From Malacoraja senta (Eukaryota): a stretch of 64,000 bases of DNA. The translations under genes and the position numbers were made by a program. Below the pieces are notes generated by a model. That model was not told where the DNA came from and ran no database searches. It saw nothing but the letters and a program-made list of their open reading frames with translations. Numbering within the stretch: position 1 is the first letter of the stretch; each line of letters begins with the position of its first letter. The stretch lies in assembly GCA_038087875.1 (NCBI GenBank), contig CM075990.1, positions 10,292,001-10,356,000 of the forward strand, written 5' to 3'. Shown here piece by piece: positions 1 to 13,640 of this stretch.

Positions 1-629
1 AAAATTTACTTACTTACTTACTTTCCCTGTTAACCACTTGGCATATTCAGTTTAGTTTATTGTCACAAGTCCCGAGGTACAGTGAAAAGCTTTTGTTGCA
101 TGCTAACCAGTCAGCAGAAAGACAAAACATGATTACAATTGAGCCATTCACAGTGTACAGATGCATGATAAGGGAATAACGTTTAGTGCAAGATAAAGCC
201 AGTAAAGTCCGATCAAAGAGTGCTTCAGTTTCTGCCCGCATCTCAAAGATGTGCAGGTCAGTAGGTTAATCGGTCATTGTAAATTGCCACTGGTGTCCCT
301 GTGAGGGGAACAAACTGGGAAAGCTGGATGAATAATATGGGATTAATGCACTTGGATGTTTCATGGTCGGTATGGATGCAGTGAGCCAGAAGGCTAATTT
401 CGTGCTATTTGACTCCATGAATATTTGTTGGTCCAATGTGTGATCAGTATTGTAAAGCTGATTTTTCTCAAGACTTGCACGGGTTGGATTAAGAACAGCC
501 AGACATAAATATACAAATGAATCATCACATGAATCATGTTGTTCAAGAATTTAAGAATAACTAACTCACAATGAAGCACATACGTTATTTACATTAAAGA
601 TCTTTGCAATTTTAGGATGAATTCAAATA

Positions 630-925
630 TGGCACTTGTGCGTGTAGCATTGTTGGAGGTGTTGCTTTTCAGATGAGACCATAAACCAAATCTCGACTCG
701 CTTTCCAAGTAGGAGGTAAATATTTCCTATTAATGGAAGATCTGGTGAGTTCTGTCTGATAGCCTGACCAATACATATAATATACTACCTGCATCTCAAC
801 CATCATCCCAAAGACAAAATATCTGCTCATTGCCATTGCATTTCTCCACGTTACACAACAACGACTCCTAAAGTGTTTACTTGGCAGTGTAACATTCTAA
901 ATAAGGTGCTACAGAAATGCTGGTT
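630..925 (+). mobile_element. DeuSINE remnant
   Basis: CTTTTCAGATGAGACCATAAACC...CCTGACCAATA...CTCAACCA Deu-domain-like sequence with L2-like tail. Confidence 0.65.
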
Positions 926-2204
926 ATTTTCCGTTTAGAACAGTTGACTTTTTTGTGAATGTGTTTTTATGTCAGGAAATGATGGAAAGGTTATATTTGG
1001 ATGGCATGTCTTTAGAACAGTGGGTGCAGACATTTGTTTCTGGCAATCAAAAATCCTGTGGCTGCTCAATACATCAACCACTCTAAACATCTTGTAAACC
1101 ACAGGTGGAAATAGGTTAAAACACAAATTTTAAAAGTTGCCTGATCAGGTTAATCTATTTCTGAACTTGTGCAAGTCACAAATAAGGACTCCAGCTTGTT
1201 CCCATCCATTGCTATATTTGGAAATCCAATTGAGGCAAATTTACATTCACCAAAGAATACATCCCAGTGTTGAGCACTGAAAGTGGCATTTGAACATCCA
1301 ATTAATCTTGACTCGCTGCATTCTGCATGCCCGGCTGGGAAAGATAAGCTGACATTTCTGTTCTGATACTCCCCGTATCTCTTGCATTTCAATTGATATG
1401 GGATCACTGTTGAATGGCTTGCTATTGTTGCACAAGCCAATGTTTGCACTAAATCTCAGAGCAAAAGATCTGGCACGACCATTTTCATTTCACTCTAGTA
1501 TCGAGTTTTTAAAAAAAGGCCTTTTCTTTGTGCTTGTGGTACAAGAATGTCCAAGAATACCACACACTGTGTATCACTGGAATGTGTAACACGGTAATAC
1601 ATTTCAATCGTTATACTAATCAAATGTTTCAAAAACACACAAACAATGTAGTGTTAAATACTGACAACATATTTCCAATGAGGATAAAAATGTGAGAATT
1701 TAGATTGTTTTATGCTCACTGTTTATTACAAATTTCAGAATACTGGAGTTTACAATAGAAGCAGAAAGGTCCCAAAGGGCATGAACACATTAATTATGTG
1801 GGTGATACTATCGCTGATGGAGTTCAATGCATGAGGCTGATCAGAGAAGGGAACGCAGAATATTAAATAGTAAGGAGCAAATTCCATGAAAGTTTCTCCC
1901 ATGCTGAAATCCACAGAAGTCAATTTAATTGACAAAACAGCAGTGAATCACGGACTACAACTTTGGGACTTCCATGTTCATCAGGAAATTCCCAAGTTGT
2001 GGAGTTTCCATGCAAAGTCAATTCCACTGAAACCTTAATTCTTGCTTGTGTGCACAGGCACACGCAAAATTGGCTCTGTTTAAGCAATCTCATTTATAAA
2101 GAATTGCAAACAGTATGCCCACAAATAATGTTGTCCTGCCCTTTCTATTATTCATTTCAAAATCAATGCAATCAGAATGGAAATTAAAGCAGAATAGTTT
2201 CATT

Positions 2205-2370
2205 GTTGTAGCAAGGAACCTAAGATGGACACAAAATGCTGGAGTAACTCAGCGGGACAGGCAGCATCAGTCTGAAGAAGTGTCTTGACCCGAAACGTTA
2301 CCCATTCCTTCTATCCGGGGATGCTGCCTGTCCTGCTGAGTTACTCCAGCATTTTGTGTCTATCTGCTGA
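2205..2370. mobile_element. Penelope-terminus-derived fold-back element with hammerhead core
   Basis: ACACAAAATGCTGGAGTAACTCAGC arm and its inverse; CTGAAGA-A-stem-GAAACGTT at 2272-2299. Confidence 0.75.
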
Positions 2371-3419
2371 ATAGTCCCTTTGTTTTTCCAGTAGAGAAAC
2401 GAATGGTCTCTAACAGGGGTGCTGGTTATTATGGACATCCAGGTTGTTTATGCTCCATTGAGCTCCCCGCATCTCCTACTGAATGAGAATTGATAGTAAG
2501 GCTGCACGGAGCTTCATTCCTTTGATATTTGATACTTTTGCAGCTCCTTGGTTGCTATTACTGTTTAGGGACCAGGTTGGTGGAAATGACAGAGGGGATT
2601 ACGCAGTGGTTGGTGCATCTGTCAGCAACTCCTGCTATGGGGTGTGCGATGCAGACCTCTAGATAGACCCTTGCTCTGATGATTACATCGTCTAACAGGT
2701 GCCCGTGTCCGTAAAATGGAGTCAAAGAACTGCTGATGCTGGAATCTTGAAGAAAAGACAAAGTGCTGGAGTGGGTCGGGCAGCATCTGTAGAGGGAATG
2801 GATAGATGGTGTTTTGGGCCAGGATATTGCCTGAACTGCTGAGTTACTCCAGCACTTTGTGTTTTGCATGTGTCCGTAGATAGACTGCACATTCAGCATG
2901 AAGTTGTGTCTTTGACACACAACTGCTAAATCTATCCTCATGCAAGCAAGCCAACCATGTGACAATCCAAGCCACTCCCTCCATCACAACGTATATTGCA
3001 AATAGAGAGATGTCTCTATTCTGGATGTCGCTACATTAGAACTTTGTATAATTAGAGCAAGATGTCCTTATTCTTGTACTCTTATCTTCTACCACATAGG
3101 ATTCATCTTTTTAATTGTTTGTGCCTGCTGGTCGATGAACGGTACAATAGGACATTCAGATCCTTGTGAGCATAAACCTCGTGTGGTCTCTTACCATTTA
3201 AAAAATGGTCTTGCCTTTTAATCTTTTGTTACTAAAGTGGTTATCCTAATATTTTTCTACAATAGTCACTCTGCATTTTCACACCCATTCACATATGCTT
3301 CCAAAATCTCTCTGTATCTCCATCCTACTTTCTATTATCAACATTCTTAGATATATTATTCTTGATACATTCACCTAAGTCGCTCCAACAGATTATAAAC
3401 AGCAGAATCCCATCGTCAC

Positions 3420-3765
3420 TAGAAAATGGGAGCAAAATTTTCCATTGAGAGTAGGGAAGATTCAAACAAGAGGACATGATTTGAGAATTAAGGGACAGAA
3501 GTTTAGGGGTAACATGAGGGGGGACTTCTTTACTCAGAGAGTGGTAGCTGTGTGGAATGAGCTTCCAGTGGAAGTGGTGGAGGCAGGTTCGATTTTATCA
3601 TTTAAAAATAAATTGGATAGGTATATGGACGGGAAAGGAATGGAGGGTTATGGTCTAAGTGCAGGTAGATGGGACTAGGGGAGAATAAGTGTTCGGCGCG
3701 GACTAGAAGGGCCGAGATGGCCTGTTTCCGTGTTGTAATTGTTATATGGTTATATGGTTATATGG
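3420..3765 (+). mobile_element. CR1 LINE 3' end
   Basis: TRGHDLRI...FFTQRVVAVWNELP; (TTATATGG)n tail. Confidence 0.9.
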
Positions 3766-5299
3766 ATGAGACCACCATTCATTGTGATATATGATATGCT
3801 CCATGGAGCCCCCACCTCCACACCTCATCACAGCCTGAAAATTATCCATTTATCCCGACTCTATTTCTCTAAGAGTGGGCCAAAGTGTTACAAAAGATTG
3901 AGATGCCAAACCATTGAGATACTAAACTAGTTCATTTGATGGGGATACAAATGCCCTGAATAGGCCGTGTGTAGAAAGGAACTGCAGATGCAGGTTCATG
4001 CTGAAGATAGGCACAAAGTGATAGAGTAACTCAGCAGGTCAGGCAGCCTCTCTGGAGAAAAAGGATGTGTGACGTTTTGGGTCGGAACCCTTCTTTTGAC
4101 TCTTATTCCGATCCAGAATAGGCCATTCCTCTTATCGTTTACCTGCCCTGAGGGGGGAGTGCAAACATATGCACACCCGTACACACAAACAACGGGTGGA
4201 AGAGTTCATGTTTTACAGCACAAGTTTAGCATGGACAAAAAGCAAATTTAGATCCTGCACCAGCACTGATCTGGCATAATGGAAACTGGATATCAATCCC
4301 AAATTAACTCCAAAGAAAAACAAGTGAATCTTCTTCCTCCTGCAGTTTCATTTCGCTCTGTTTAGTTTCTGGCCAGGTTTTGTCCTCAAATTCACGATGT
4401 ACAGCGACCTGGATTTCTTAGAACTTAGCAAACAAATGGTGTTCCCCGTTCATTACATTTGCAGATGTCCGCAAAGTTCCTGTGGGATTTTATACCACAA
4501 CTTGCAGCCTGGAGTTCTCCAGAAGCGCAGAACTGGAGAGTAAAAAAACTAGGTGACATTCCCATGTGGATCTGGGAACCACGTTGACAGATCAAGCAAT
4601 GACGCATCTCCATCATTAATCAAATAAACTTTACTGAGACACGCAACCAAGTAAACCAGCGAACGCGAGCTGGAATTTTACACGGAATGCAAAGTCCTGG
4701 AAGGAAACCAAAATAAAGAGGGAGGAGGAGGAAGGCAAGGTAGTAAGCCTTGTAGATGTAGATTTATCCCTTCTGTGCGGGCTGAGTCTTGTCACAAGGT
4801 GTTGATGAAACTCAGCTTCTGAAGGAGCAGGTCAACCTGGGCACCAAGTGTCATCTGAGGCTAACTTTATGACTTTAGTGCAGCTGAGTCTGTGGGTTCA
4901 AGGCTCACTCCAGAAAGCTGCACATGAATTCTGTCTGGCTGACTGCCCCAGCGGTAGGTTTAACAGGTCCGATCACAACATTTTGAAGAGGAGCAGAGCA
5001 GTTAACCATGGTGACAAGGCCAATACTTTTATACCCAACTCGTATATAAAAAAACATGTAATCATTATCACAGCTGTTTATGGGAGCTAACTGCATGTAA
5101 ATTAGCATTCCTACATTGTAACAGTTACTGTGTATCAGAGGTAGAATGGAGACACAGATGCTGCCTGACCCTCTGAGCTCTTCCAGCACTTTGTTTTATG
5201 CTGAACATATCAGAAGTACTTCACTGGTCATCCCGTAAATGTGTATCTTCTCCTTCTACCTGTCTGTTCCCACTTTAACCTGCCATGTTCATTGATGAA

Positions 5300-5760
5300 A
5301 GTTCATAAGTTCATAAGTAATAGGAGCAGAATTAGGCCATTCGGTCCATCAAGTCTACTCCGCCATACAATCATGGCTGATCTATCTCTCCCTCTTAATC
5401 CCATTCTTCTGCCTTCGCCCTATAACCTCAGACACCTGTGCTAATCAAGAATCTATCTTCTGCCTTAAATATATCTACTGACTTGGCCTCCACAGCCTAC
5501 TGTGGCAAAGAATTCCACAGATTCACCACCCTCTGACTAAAGACATTTCTCCTCATCTCCTTCTTAAAAGAACGTCCTTTAATTCTGAGGCTATGGCCTC
5601 CAATTCTAGACTCTCCCACTAGTGGAAACATCCTCGCCACATCTATTCTATCCAAGTCTTTCACGATTCTGTATGCTTCAATGAGGTCCCCTCATTCTTT
5701 TAAATTCCTGCGAGTACAGGCCCAGTGCCTCTAAATGCTCATCATATGTTAACCTACTTG
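5300..5760 (-). mobile_element. CR1 LINE 3' end
   Basis: Reverse complement of CR1 ORF2 end and 3'UTR; similar to 43250-43900. Confidence 0.88.
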
Positions 5761-5912
5761 TTGTTCCCTAGTATACTCTTTAATGGCAATGTATACCAAC
5801 ATTCATAGTATTATGCCTAATAATAAAATCCCATTTAGCCTACGTGAAAAGTGAGACCTTTCCATATCGACTTTACGGTTGCAGGGTAAAAGCAGCCGAA
5901 AATTGGACCACT

Positions 5913-5941
5913 GGGGGGGGGGGGGGGGGGGGGGGGGGGGG
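5913..5941 (+). repeat. poly-G tract
   Basis: About 29 consecutive G; length unreliable. Confidence 0.9.
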
Positions 5942-6249
5942 AAGAGTAGGAATACTTAACACTTTCTTAATTGTAATTAACAATTATTCTCACAGAATGA
6001 ATGAGAAGAATTATTTACAAAAAAAACTTAAATTTTAACGTGAAATGTTGATGGGTTTAAACAATAGCACAGTCACACAGCCAGTCAACTCCAATTGCAA
6101 AATGCACTATTGTTACTCATCTAATTTACTTCAACAGCACCTTCCAAACCAACAACCATGTTCTAATTCCTTGACCAAGTCGATCACAGATAATCCATCT
6201 ATTTTTATTATTTTTTCTGTCTTGATGTGGCCATTATGAATTGCTTATT

Positions 6250-6520
6250 AGACTATTTAAGAGTTACCCTCATTGTTGAGTCTCAAGACATGGGGAGTCC
6301 ACGCTGGGCAAGGATGGAAGATTTCCTCCCCTGATGGATTTGATGATTTTGACAATCTAGAAATCATCAATACCAATAATGAATTAGTTTTCTTTTGGGA
6401 TTTTTTCACCTCCTCAATCATTAACTGGATTTATATTACACAGATGCCATGGAGGGATTTGAGCTCAGATCTCAGGATTATTAGTACTCCTCAGGATCAC
6501 TTTATGGTAATTTAAACAAT
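6250..6520 (-). mobile_element. Old tRNA-derived SINE remnant (LF-SINE-like body)
   Basis: Reverse-complement B-box region and GGAAATCTTCCATCCTT body motif. Confidence 0.45.
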
Positions 6521-7819
6521 GCGGCATCACGATACAGGTAAAGAAAATTACCCTTCAAACCAGAGTTAGAGCTATAAAACATGATTATGTAAAGCTGTTA
6601 TGATAGATACACACTTTAATATTGTTATACAAATAATACAGTATTTGCATTGCAAAATTGTTGCATAAATTAAAACATGATTAATTATTTAAAAAAACAC
6701 AGGTTGGGGCAATTGAAGATTTTGATTTACATAAAATGTTTGAATGGCTACATATTTATAGCTTATGCTCTGCAGAAATATCTGTTATCGCATTCCACCC
6801 TTCCCTCCTACAATAATGTAACAACAGTCCTCAGGATGTTCAAAGACATCATTAATGCTCTATTTGTCAAACAGATTTACCATATTACATATGATTGTAA
6901 ACAAAATAGCTGATATTTGTTTCTTTTAAACCTCCTCCATCTACATCTGAAAAATAAATTGCAGAGCAATAAGTCTTTCCTGGCAAACCTCGCACCTTAA
7001 CAGGTGTTAAAGAGTTTTGCTTAAAGCAATGATTTTCATTTTGTCTTCTGCTTGAATATTGGCTTATTCCCCAGATCTGTCCCAAATATGATAGTCTCAG
7101 ATCAACAGTACACTCGTGAGATTGCAAATGTGAATACATTCCCAAAATACTCCAAGGAACTGAGATATGTTCCAATACCCTTTCAGAATACCCTTGCCAT
7201 GAACTTCCAAAAGGATTAAATTGCTTTTCACCAATGTAGATATACTGTTCATTGACCAGGAAAGATCATAACACTCGAGGGCTTGACTTTTTTAGGATAT
7301 TGGTTCAAGATGAACAGTAATTAGATGACCTTAGGTGCAGATTTGGCGATCCAATGCCAAAGGGTATCATGTGTGGCCAAAAGGCACAACATTGGATAGG
7401 CCAATCAGTCCTTAGTGATGCATTCAATGAACGATCCAAATCAAAGTGTTCAATGTCCAGAAACTTGATCTTGCAACTATCCATTCATTAGTATTCATTC
7501 CAAGAACGACAAGCAGAACCTTTCCTGTCATTTTATATAACTGCCAACATGCACATAATGAGGCAAATTTTAACATTTTATTCAGCGAAGTATCAAGGTC
7601 AAACTTTCTAGGAGAAGGTGTAAGAGGCAAACAGTCTGTCACATTATTATCTGTTTGCAAAACAAACACACAAAGTGCTGGACTGACTCAACGGGTCAGG
7701 CAGCCTCTCTGGAGAGCATCGACAGGTGACATTTTGGGTCCCGACCCTTCTTCAGACTGAAATACATTGATGTGACCAAAAGGTGAGGTATGAAAGCTGC
7801 AGGACAACTTGGGAAAAAA

Positions 7820-8085
7820 TCATTGTCATACAGCATGGAAAAAGGCCCTCTGGGCAACCATCAAGTACCCATTTACACTAATCCCACAGTCTCATTTCAG
7901 TCCCTCAGATTCTACAACTCACCTACACTGGAGGCAATTTATAACCAAGTAAGCTACCAACTTGCACAACTTTAGTATGTGAGAGGAACTGGCAACACAG
8001 TGAGAACCTACGAACTCCACAAAATCAGCAGGAAGATTAGGATTGAATGGGTTGTTGGAGCCGTGAGGCACCACTGTGCCACCCA
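7820..8085 (-). mobile_element. Degenerate V-SINE
   Basis: Reverse-complement V domain and head (CTGTGCCACC). Confidence 0.65.
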
Positions 8086-9324
8086 AAGAAGGAATTAGGT
8101 TGTCCAAAGCTGTTTCACCAAAGCTGTGGGTAACTACTTAGCAATCGCTCAGAAATTTCCCCAAAATGCAATTAAATTGCTTGTTTATGGGTACCACATG
8201 CTTCAGCCTAAAATGCTTCAGCAATTGAACACTAGATTTTAATGTCTTGAGAAATTAGTCTGTAGAGCATCCCTGATCTCAAGAGAGTAGCCATTTTTTA
8301 TTGAAGATACTCAAAATGTTGCAGTAACTCAGCGGGACAGACAGTCTCTCTGGAGAGAAGGGCTCCAGAGATGCTACCTGTTCCACCGAGTTGCTCCAAC
8401 ATTTTGTGTCTATCTTCGGTGTAAACCAGCATCTGCAGTTCTTTCTGACACAACTCCTGGCTATTTTCAATTCTCAGCCTTCTTCAGCCAAAAAAGGCAC
8501 AATGGATTGAGATGTGGGGAAATTTATTCGGTCAGTGGGTTGTAAATGTTTGGAGTTCTAACTGAGAGGATCTTAGATATTGTTTATATTCAAGCCCGGG
8601 ATCTGTACATTTGTAGAGACTAAGGGGGAGAACTATTTCTCCTACCATTACAAGATGTATATTGCAATTCTAGTAGTATCGGCAACACATTTTCTCACTT
8701 CCGTAACCTTCAAGTTAAGTCTTATAATTTCAGCTGCTGCGGACAACATTTCTAACCGATTGGGAATCGATTCAGCAGATGAAGCACGTGCTAACTGTTA
8801 TTGATGCTTTATGAGGAAGACTTGGCTTTGGCAACGACCAAGAGGTATTCTTGCAAATCAGTCAATCCCTTGTTTTAATATTCAGTGTGGAAGGATTTCC
8901 CTTTTGTACTCTATTTAATGGAATATAACAATACAGCAACTTTAACACAGAAACATTTCCCAAGTTACTGCAGCGTCAAGAGGAAAACAGATGCTGGGCC
9001 AAAGAAGTAGATTAGGAGGATAAGGTAAAAATTATAAAATAGATCTTTATCAATAAATTTATGATTCTGTAATGTGCAGTGCGAGGAGGAATTCTTTGCA
9101 AGCGAGTCAGAGGATACACCGTGTTTAATTGGGAGCCTGTTCTACCAAAAAGAAAATGCCTGTCCCATTTCCAGCAGAATCTGAGATTAGATTAGTTTTG
9201 TGTAGAGATAGAGCTTGGAAACAGGCCCATCGGCCCATGAAGCCTACGCCGACCTTCACCCGTACACTTGGGACAACTTACACAAACCAATTAATGTACA
9301 AATCTGCACTTCTTTGGAACGTGG

Positions 9325-10365
9325 TAGACAATAGACAATAGGTGCAGGAGTAGGCCATTCGGCCCTTCAAGCCAGCCATTCAATGTGATCATGGCTGATC
9401 ATCCCCAATCAGTACCCTGTTCCTGCCTTCTCCCCATATCCCCCGACTCCACTATCCTTAAGAGCCCTATCTAGCTCTCTCTTGAAAGTATCCAGAGAAC
9501 CGGCCTCCACCGCCCTCTAAGGCAGAGATTTCCACAGATTCACAACTCTGTGCGAAAAAGTGTTTCCTCATCTCCGTTCTAAATGGCTTACCCCTTATTC
9601 TAAAACTATGGTCCCTGGTTCTAGTCTTCCCCAACATCGGGAACACGTTTCCTGCCTCTAGCATGTCCAAACCCTTAATAATCTTATATGTTTCAATAAG
9701 ATCCCCTCTCATCCTTCTAAACACCAGAGTATACAAGCCAGCCGCTCCATTTTCTCAGCATATGACAGTCCCGCCATCCCGGGAATTAACCTTGTAAACC
9801 TACGCTGCACTCCCTCAATAGCAAGAATGTCCTTCCTCAAATCAGGGGTCCAAAACTGCACACAATACTCCAGGTGTGGTCTCACTAGGGCCCTATAACT
9901 GCAGAAGGACCTCTTTGCTCCTATACTCAATTCCTCTTGTTATGAAGGCCAACATGCCATTCACTTTCTTCACTGCCTGCTGTACCTGCATGCTTACTTT
10001 CATTGACTGTTGAACAAGGACCCCCAGACCCCGTTGTGCTTCCCCAGTTCCCCAACTTGACACCATTTAGATAATAATCTGCCTTCCTGTTTTTGCTACC
10101 AAAGTGAATAACCTCACATTTATCCACATTAAACTGCATCTGCCCACTCTCCCAACCTGTCCAAGTCACCCTGCATTCTCATAGCATCCTCCTCACAGTT
10201 CACACTGCCATCCAGCTTTGTGTCATCTTCAAATTTGCTAATGTTACTTTGAATCCCTTCATCTAAATCATTGATGTATATTGTAAATAGCTGCGGTCCC
10301 AGCACCGAGCCTTGCGGTACGCCACTAGTCACTGCCTGCCATTCTGAAAGGGACCTGTTAATCCC
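9325..10365 (-). mobile_element. CR1 LINE, 5'-truncated (RT C-terminus and 3'UTR)
   Basis: SEWQAVTSGVPQGSVLGPQLFTIYINDLD, KFEDDTKL, LVRPHLEYCVQFW, RMRGDLIETYKI in frameshifted ORFs; short tandem tail. Confidence 0.95.
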
Positions 10366-10739
10366 CCCACAGCTCAGGGCATTTCTTTCTCTATTGCTTG
10401 GTAATTCATTCTCCCCATCACCATCCCACTTTATCAAGCCATTAAATGATACAGGATTAATCTCATAATAAATAATCTTCTAGAGAAGTGCTTCCTAATA
10501 GGAGGGAATTTAACATTCAGTTTCACACACTCCATTTGAAAGTGGTTTCCAAATAATTGCATTCGTTTGAAGGACAAATTGAGGAAAATGGATAGGAAAC
10601 TTAGATTAAAAGCAATGGTGGACATCAGGAGAAATATTACATAATGCTCAATCAATATGTGCCATAGTAGTATCCTCTCCATTGGTAAAATGAGCTTAAA
10701 AATGGAGTCAAGGACAATAAAGATAAATTGCTAGAAGCA

Positions 10740-11095
10740 TTTAAGGGGAGGCCTGATAGATGCATATAAAACTGAGTGGCATAGATTGGGTAGACAGTCA
10801 GAACCTTCCTCTTAGGGTGGAAAGGTCAAAAACTAGCTTTAAGATGAAGGCTGAAGAAAATGTGTGGAACAGGTTTGTTTAAACAGAGGATGGCGGGTGC
10901 CTGGAACACATTGCCAAGAGGCAGATAGAATAGTGACTTTTAAGAAGCTTTTAGATAGGCACATGGATATGTAGGGAATTAAGCGATATGGATCATGTCC
11001 AGGCACACGAGATTAGATTATTTTTGCATCATGTACGGAAATAGACATAATAGGCCAAAGGGCCTGATAACCGTGCTGTTCAATTTAGGTTCTAT
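10740..11095 (+). mobile_element. CR1 LINE 3' end (older)
   Basis: Degenerate LRGDLI..YK / RV..AWN.LP motifs and CR1 3'UTR. Confidence 0.75.
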
Positions 11096-11699
11096 GATCT
11101 AAGCGCTCATTAGCTCAGACGGCAGAGACTGTAGTAGAGTTAATATTTCAGATCAAGTGTCCTTAATCAGAAATGGGAAGGTGGGAAATTAATGTTTGAC
11201 TTTGCAGAGATGGGGATAGAGAGAATGTTGAAGAGAACAGAAGGAATGTCATATGGTGAGACCAAAGCTGGCAAGACTATAATTAATGGAAAAATCAGCA
11301 GCTCGGGAGACAAAAAAAATTAAAATAAAGGTGCAACCACATCTGTGGAAAGAGAAATGAAAAATAAAGGGAAGTTATCCAAGATCCAGGGGCTGCAACA
11401 TGACCTGAAGGAAAACGAGGTGCAACAAAGTTATGCCTTTATTTCCAGCAACTGGAGGTTTTGCAGCAAGTTACAGATTATATTAGATTGAAAGAAAATT
11501 ATAAAGTTGCAGTGAATAGAAATAAGTCTGTGGAATGGCAGGAGATTAGAAACCAACAAAGGATGACTGCAGCACTGAGAACGCAAGGGCGAAAATACAC
11601 TGTGAGCTTAAATGAGCAAAAAACAACAGTTTTTCCAGCACATGTGGAGGAGGAGTCCCGACAGTGAATGTGCGTTCCTCAGTAGCTGAGACAGCTGAA

Positions 11700-13640
11700 T
11701 TACATAAATACTTTAACTGTTTTTCACAGCAGAAAACATTAAAGTATTCTTAATATAATAGGACACAAAGAGAAAAATTACACCAACATTCACAAGGCTG
11801 ATGGCTTACAAATGCTCTGGACTCGATAGCTACATCCTAGGGCTCTGAAAGGGCTGAAAAAAAGGGAATACATTGAATGGCATATTCGGGGATATTCTAG
11901 ATTCTGTAAAGGATTCAGTAAATTGGAAACAAACATAACGCTGCTATTCTAGAAGGAACAGAGATACGACAGAGAACTGTACTTGAATTAGCTTGTATCA
12001 GCTGTCACAAGAATGCTTGAAGATATTATTAAGGGTGGATTAAAAATCACTTACCAAATGTTACAAATGTATTACATTTGCTTAAGGATGCAATTAGCAT
12101 GGTAGAGAGCAAGGGACCAATGGATATAGTCTATTAGGAATTTAAAGAACTTTTACAATTATCCACATAAAAGATTACAACCCATGGTAAAGGTTCACAG
12201 GGCATTCTGATACTATTTGTGGGTAAAAGATTATAATGGATAGAACATTGGCCAACAGGGAGAAAACAAAGGGTATAAGGTAATAAATACATAGTTTTCA
12301 GTGAAGTGCCCCAGGGATTAGTTCTGCAAGCTCAGATATTTCCAATTTATAATAATGATTCACATGAGGGAACAGAATATAATGGTGCATTGACACAAAG
12401 ATTGGTGGGAAAGTAAGCTATGAGGAAGGGCCAAAATAGGGACATAGAGTGGTGAACAAAAGGATGCAGATGGTAAAGAGGAATGTTATATCATCTACTT
12501 TGATAGTAAGAATAGAAAAACTATCTTGTGTACAATTTGGTATTGGGAGTGAACTGTCTTTGCACATTAAAATATGGAAAGTTAGTTTTAAAACAGCAAA
12601 TAATAAAACAGCTGAAAGAACATTGCTTTTTTTTGCAAGAAGGACTTAGTACAAGAGTCACTAAGTCTTGCTGTAACTCTACAAACCCTTGGTGAAACCA
12701 AACAAAAGCAACAAGTTAACACAAGGTATATTTGTCTTGGTGGTGGTACAGCCAGGATTCATTAGTTTAATTCTCAGTATGAGGAGTTTGACTGATAAGG
12801 AAGTGTTATGTAGTTTGTATCTAGAATCAGAATTATACAGCATGGAAATAAACCACGACCCAACTTGTCCATGCAAACCACGATGCCCACTAAGCTAGTC
12901 CCATTTCCCCATTTGGCTGATATTCCTATAAACCAATTATACTTGCTAGGTTTTAGAACATTGATAACTAATCTCATTGAAATTTAGAGAAGACTTGAAA
13001 ACATGGACGCCATGAGGTGATTTCCTTTGGCTGGGGAGTTGAGGACTACATAAATCATTTCAGAACTAAAGGTCTGCTACCCAAGAGGAAACTGTTTCTT
13101 TCAAAGAGTTGTGAACCTTAAGGGCCCGTCCCACTTACGTGATTTTTTTCGGCGACTTGCGGCACCTGTCATAGTCGCAGCAGGTCACCGAAAATGTTAA
13201 AAATGGTGAAAATCTAGCGGCGGCCAGAAAAATGTACAACACTTTGGGCGAGTAATCACGACCAAACAGGCGTCACCCCGCAACATGTCTGTATTGTCAT
13301 GAGTAGTCGCCCAAAGAGTACCTTTTTCTGGCTGCCGCTAGATTTTCACCATTTTGACCATTTTCGGTGACCTGCTGCGACTATGACAGGTGCAGGCAAG
13401 TCGGCAAAAAAAATCGCATAAGTAAGACAGGCCCTTTAGGAATTCAGCATCCTGGAGAGTTGTGGATACTGACTCATTAAGCATAGTCATGGCCAAGACA
13501 GATAGATCATTGGACTGCAGGAATTTGAGCGTATAGAGGATAAGGAAAGAAAGTAGAGTTAAAACCAATGATTAGATCATTCCGCAAAGAATGGAGATGC
13601 CTCGCAATGCAGTTGTGGGCTTTCCTTCCTTCTATTTCTT
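11700..13640 (+). mobile_element. Old, highly decayed CR1 LINE with nested insertions
   Basis: Traces of the GPDG.HPR, W.TAN, GVPQG and DDTK regions; carries the Harbinger MITE and a short minus-strand tail fragment (~12822-12945). Confidence 0.7.
13121..13435. mobile_element. PIF/Harbinger-type MITE (fold-back)
   Basis: TIR AGGGCCYGTCCCACTTA, TTA TSD on both sides, nearly the whole element is an inverted repeat. Interrupts a CR1 motif (gtgaacc-tta-ggaattc). Confidence 0.85.

Noticed and set aside
4144-4152. Possible 5-nt micro-exon (ccccctcag GGCAG gtaaac, minus)
   Set aside because: Would break the Gly-X-Y register and has no other support.
5844-6038. Poly-Gly ORF
   Set aside because: Artifact of the poly-G tract.
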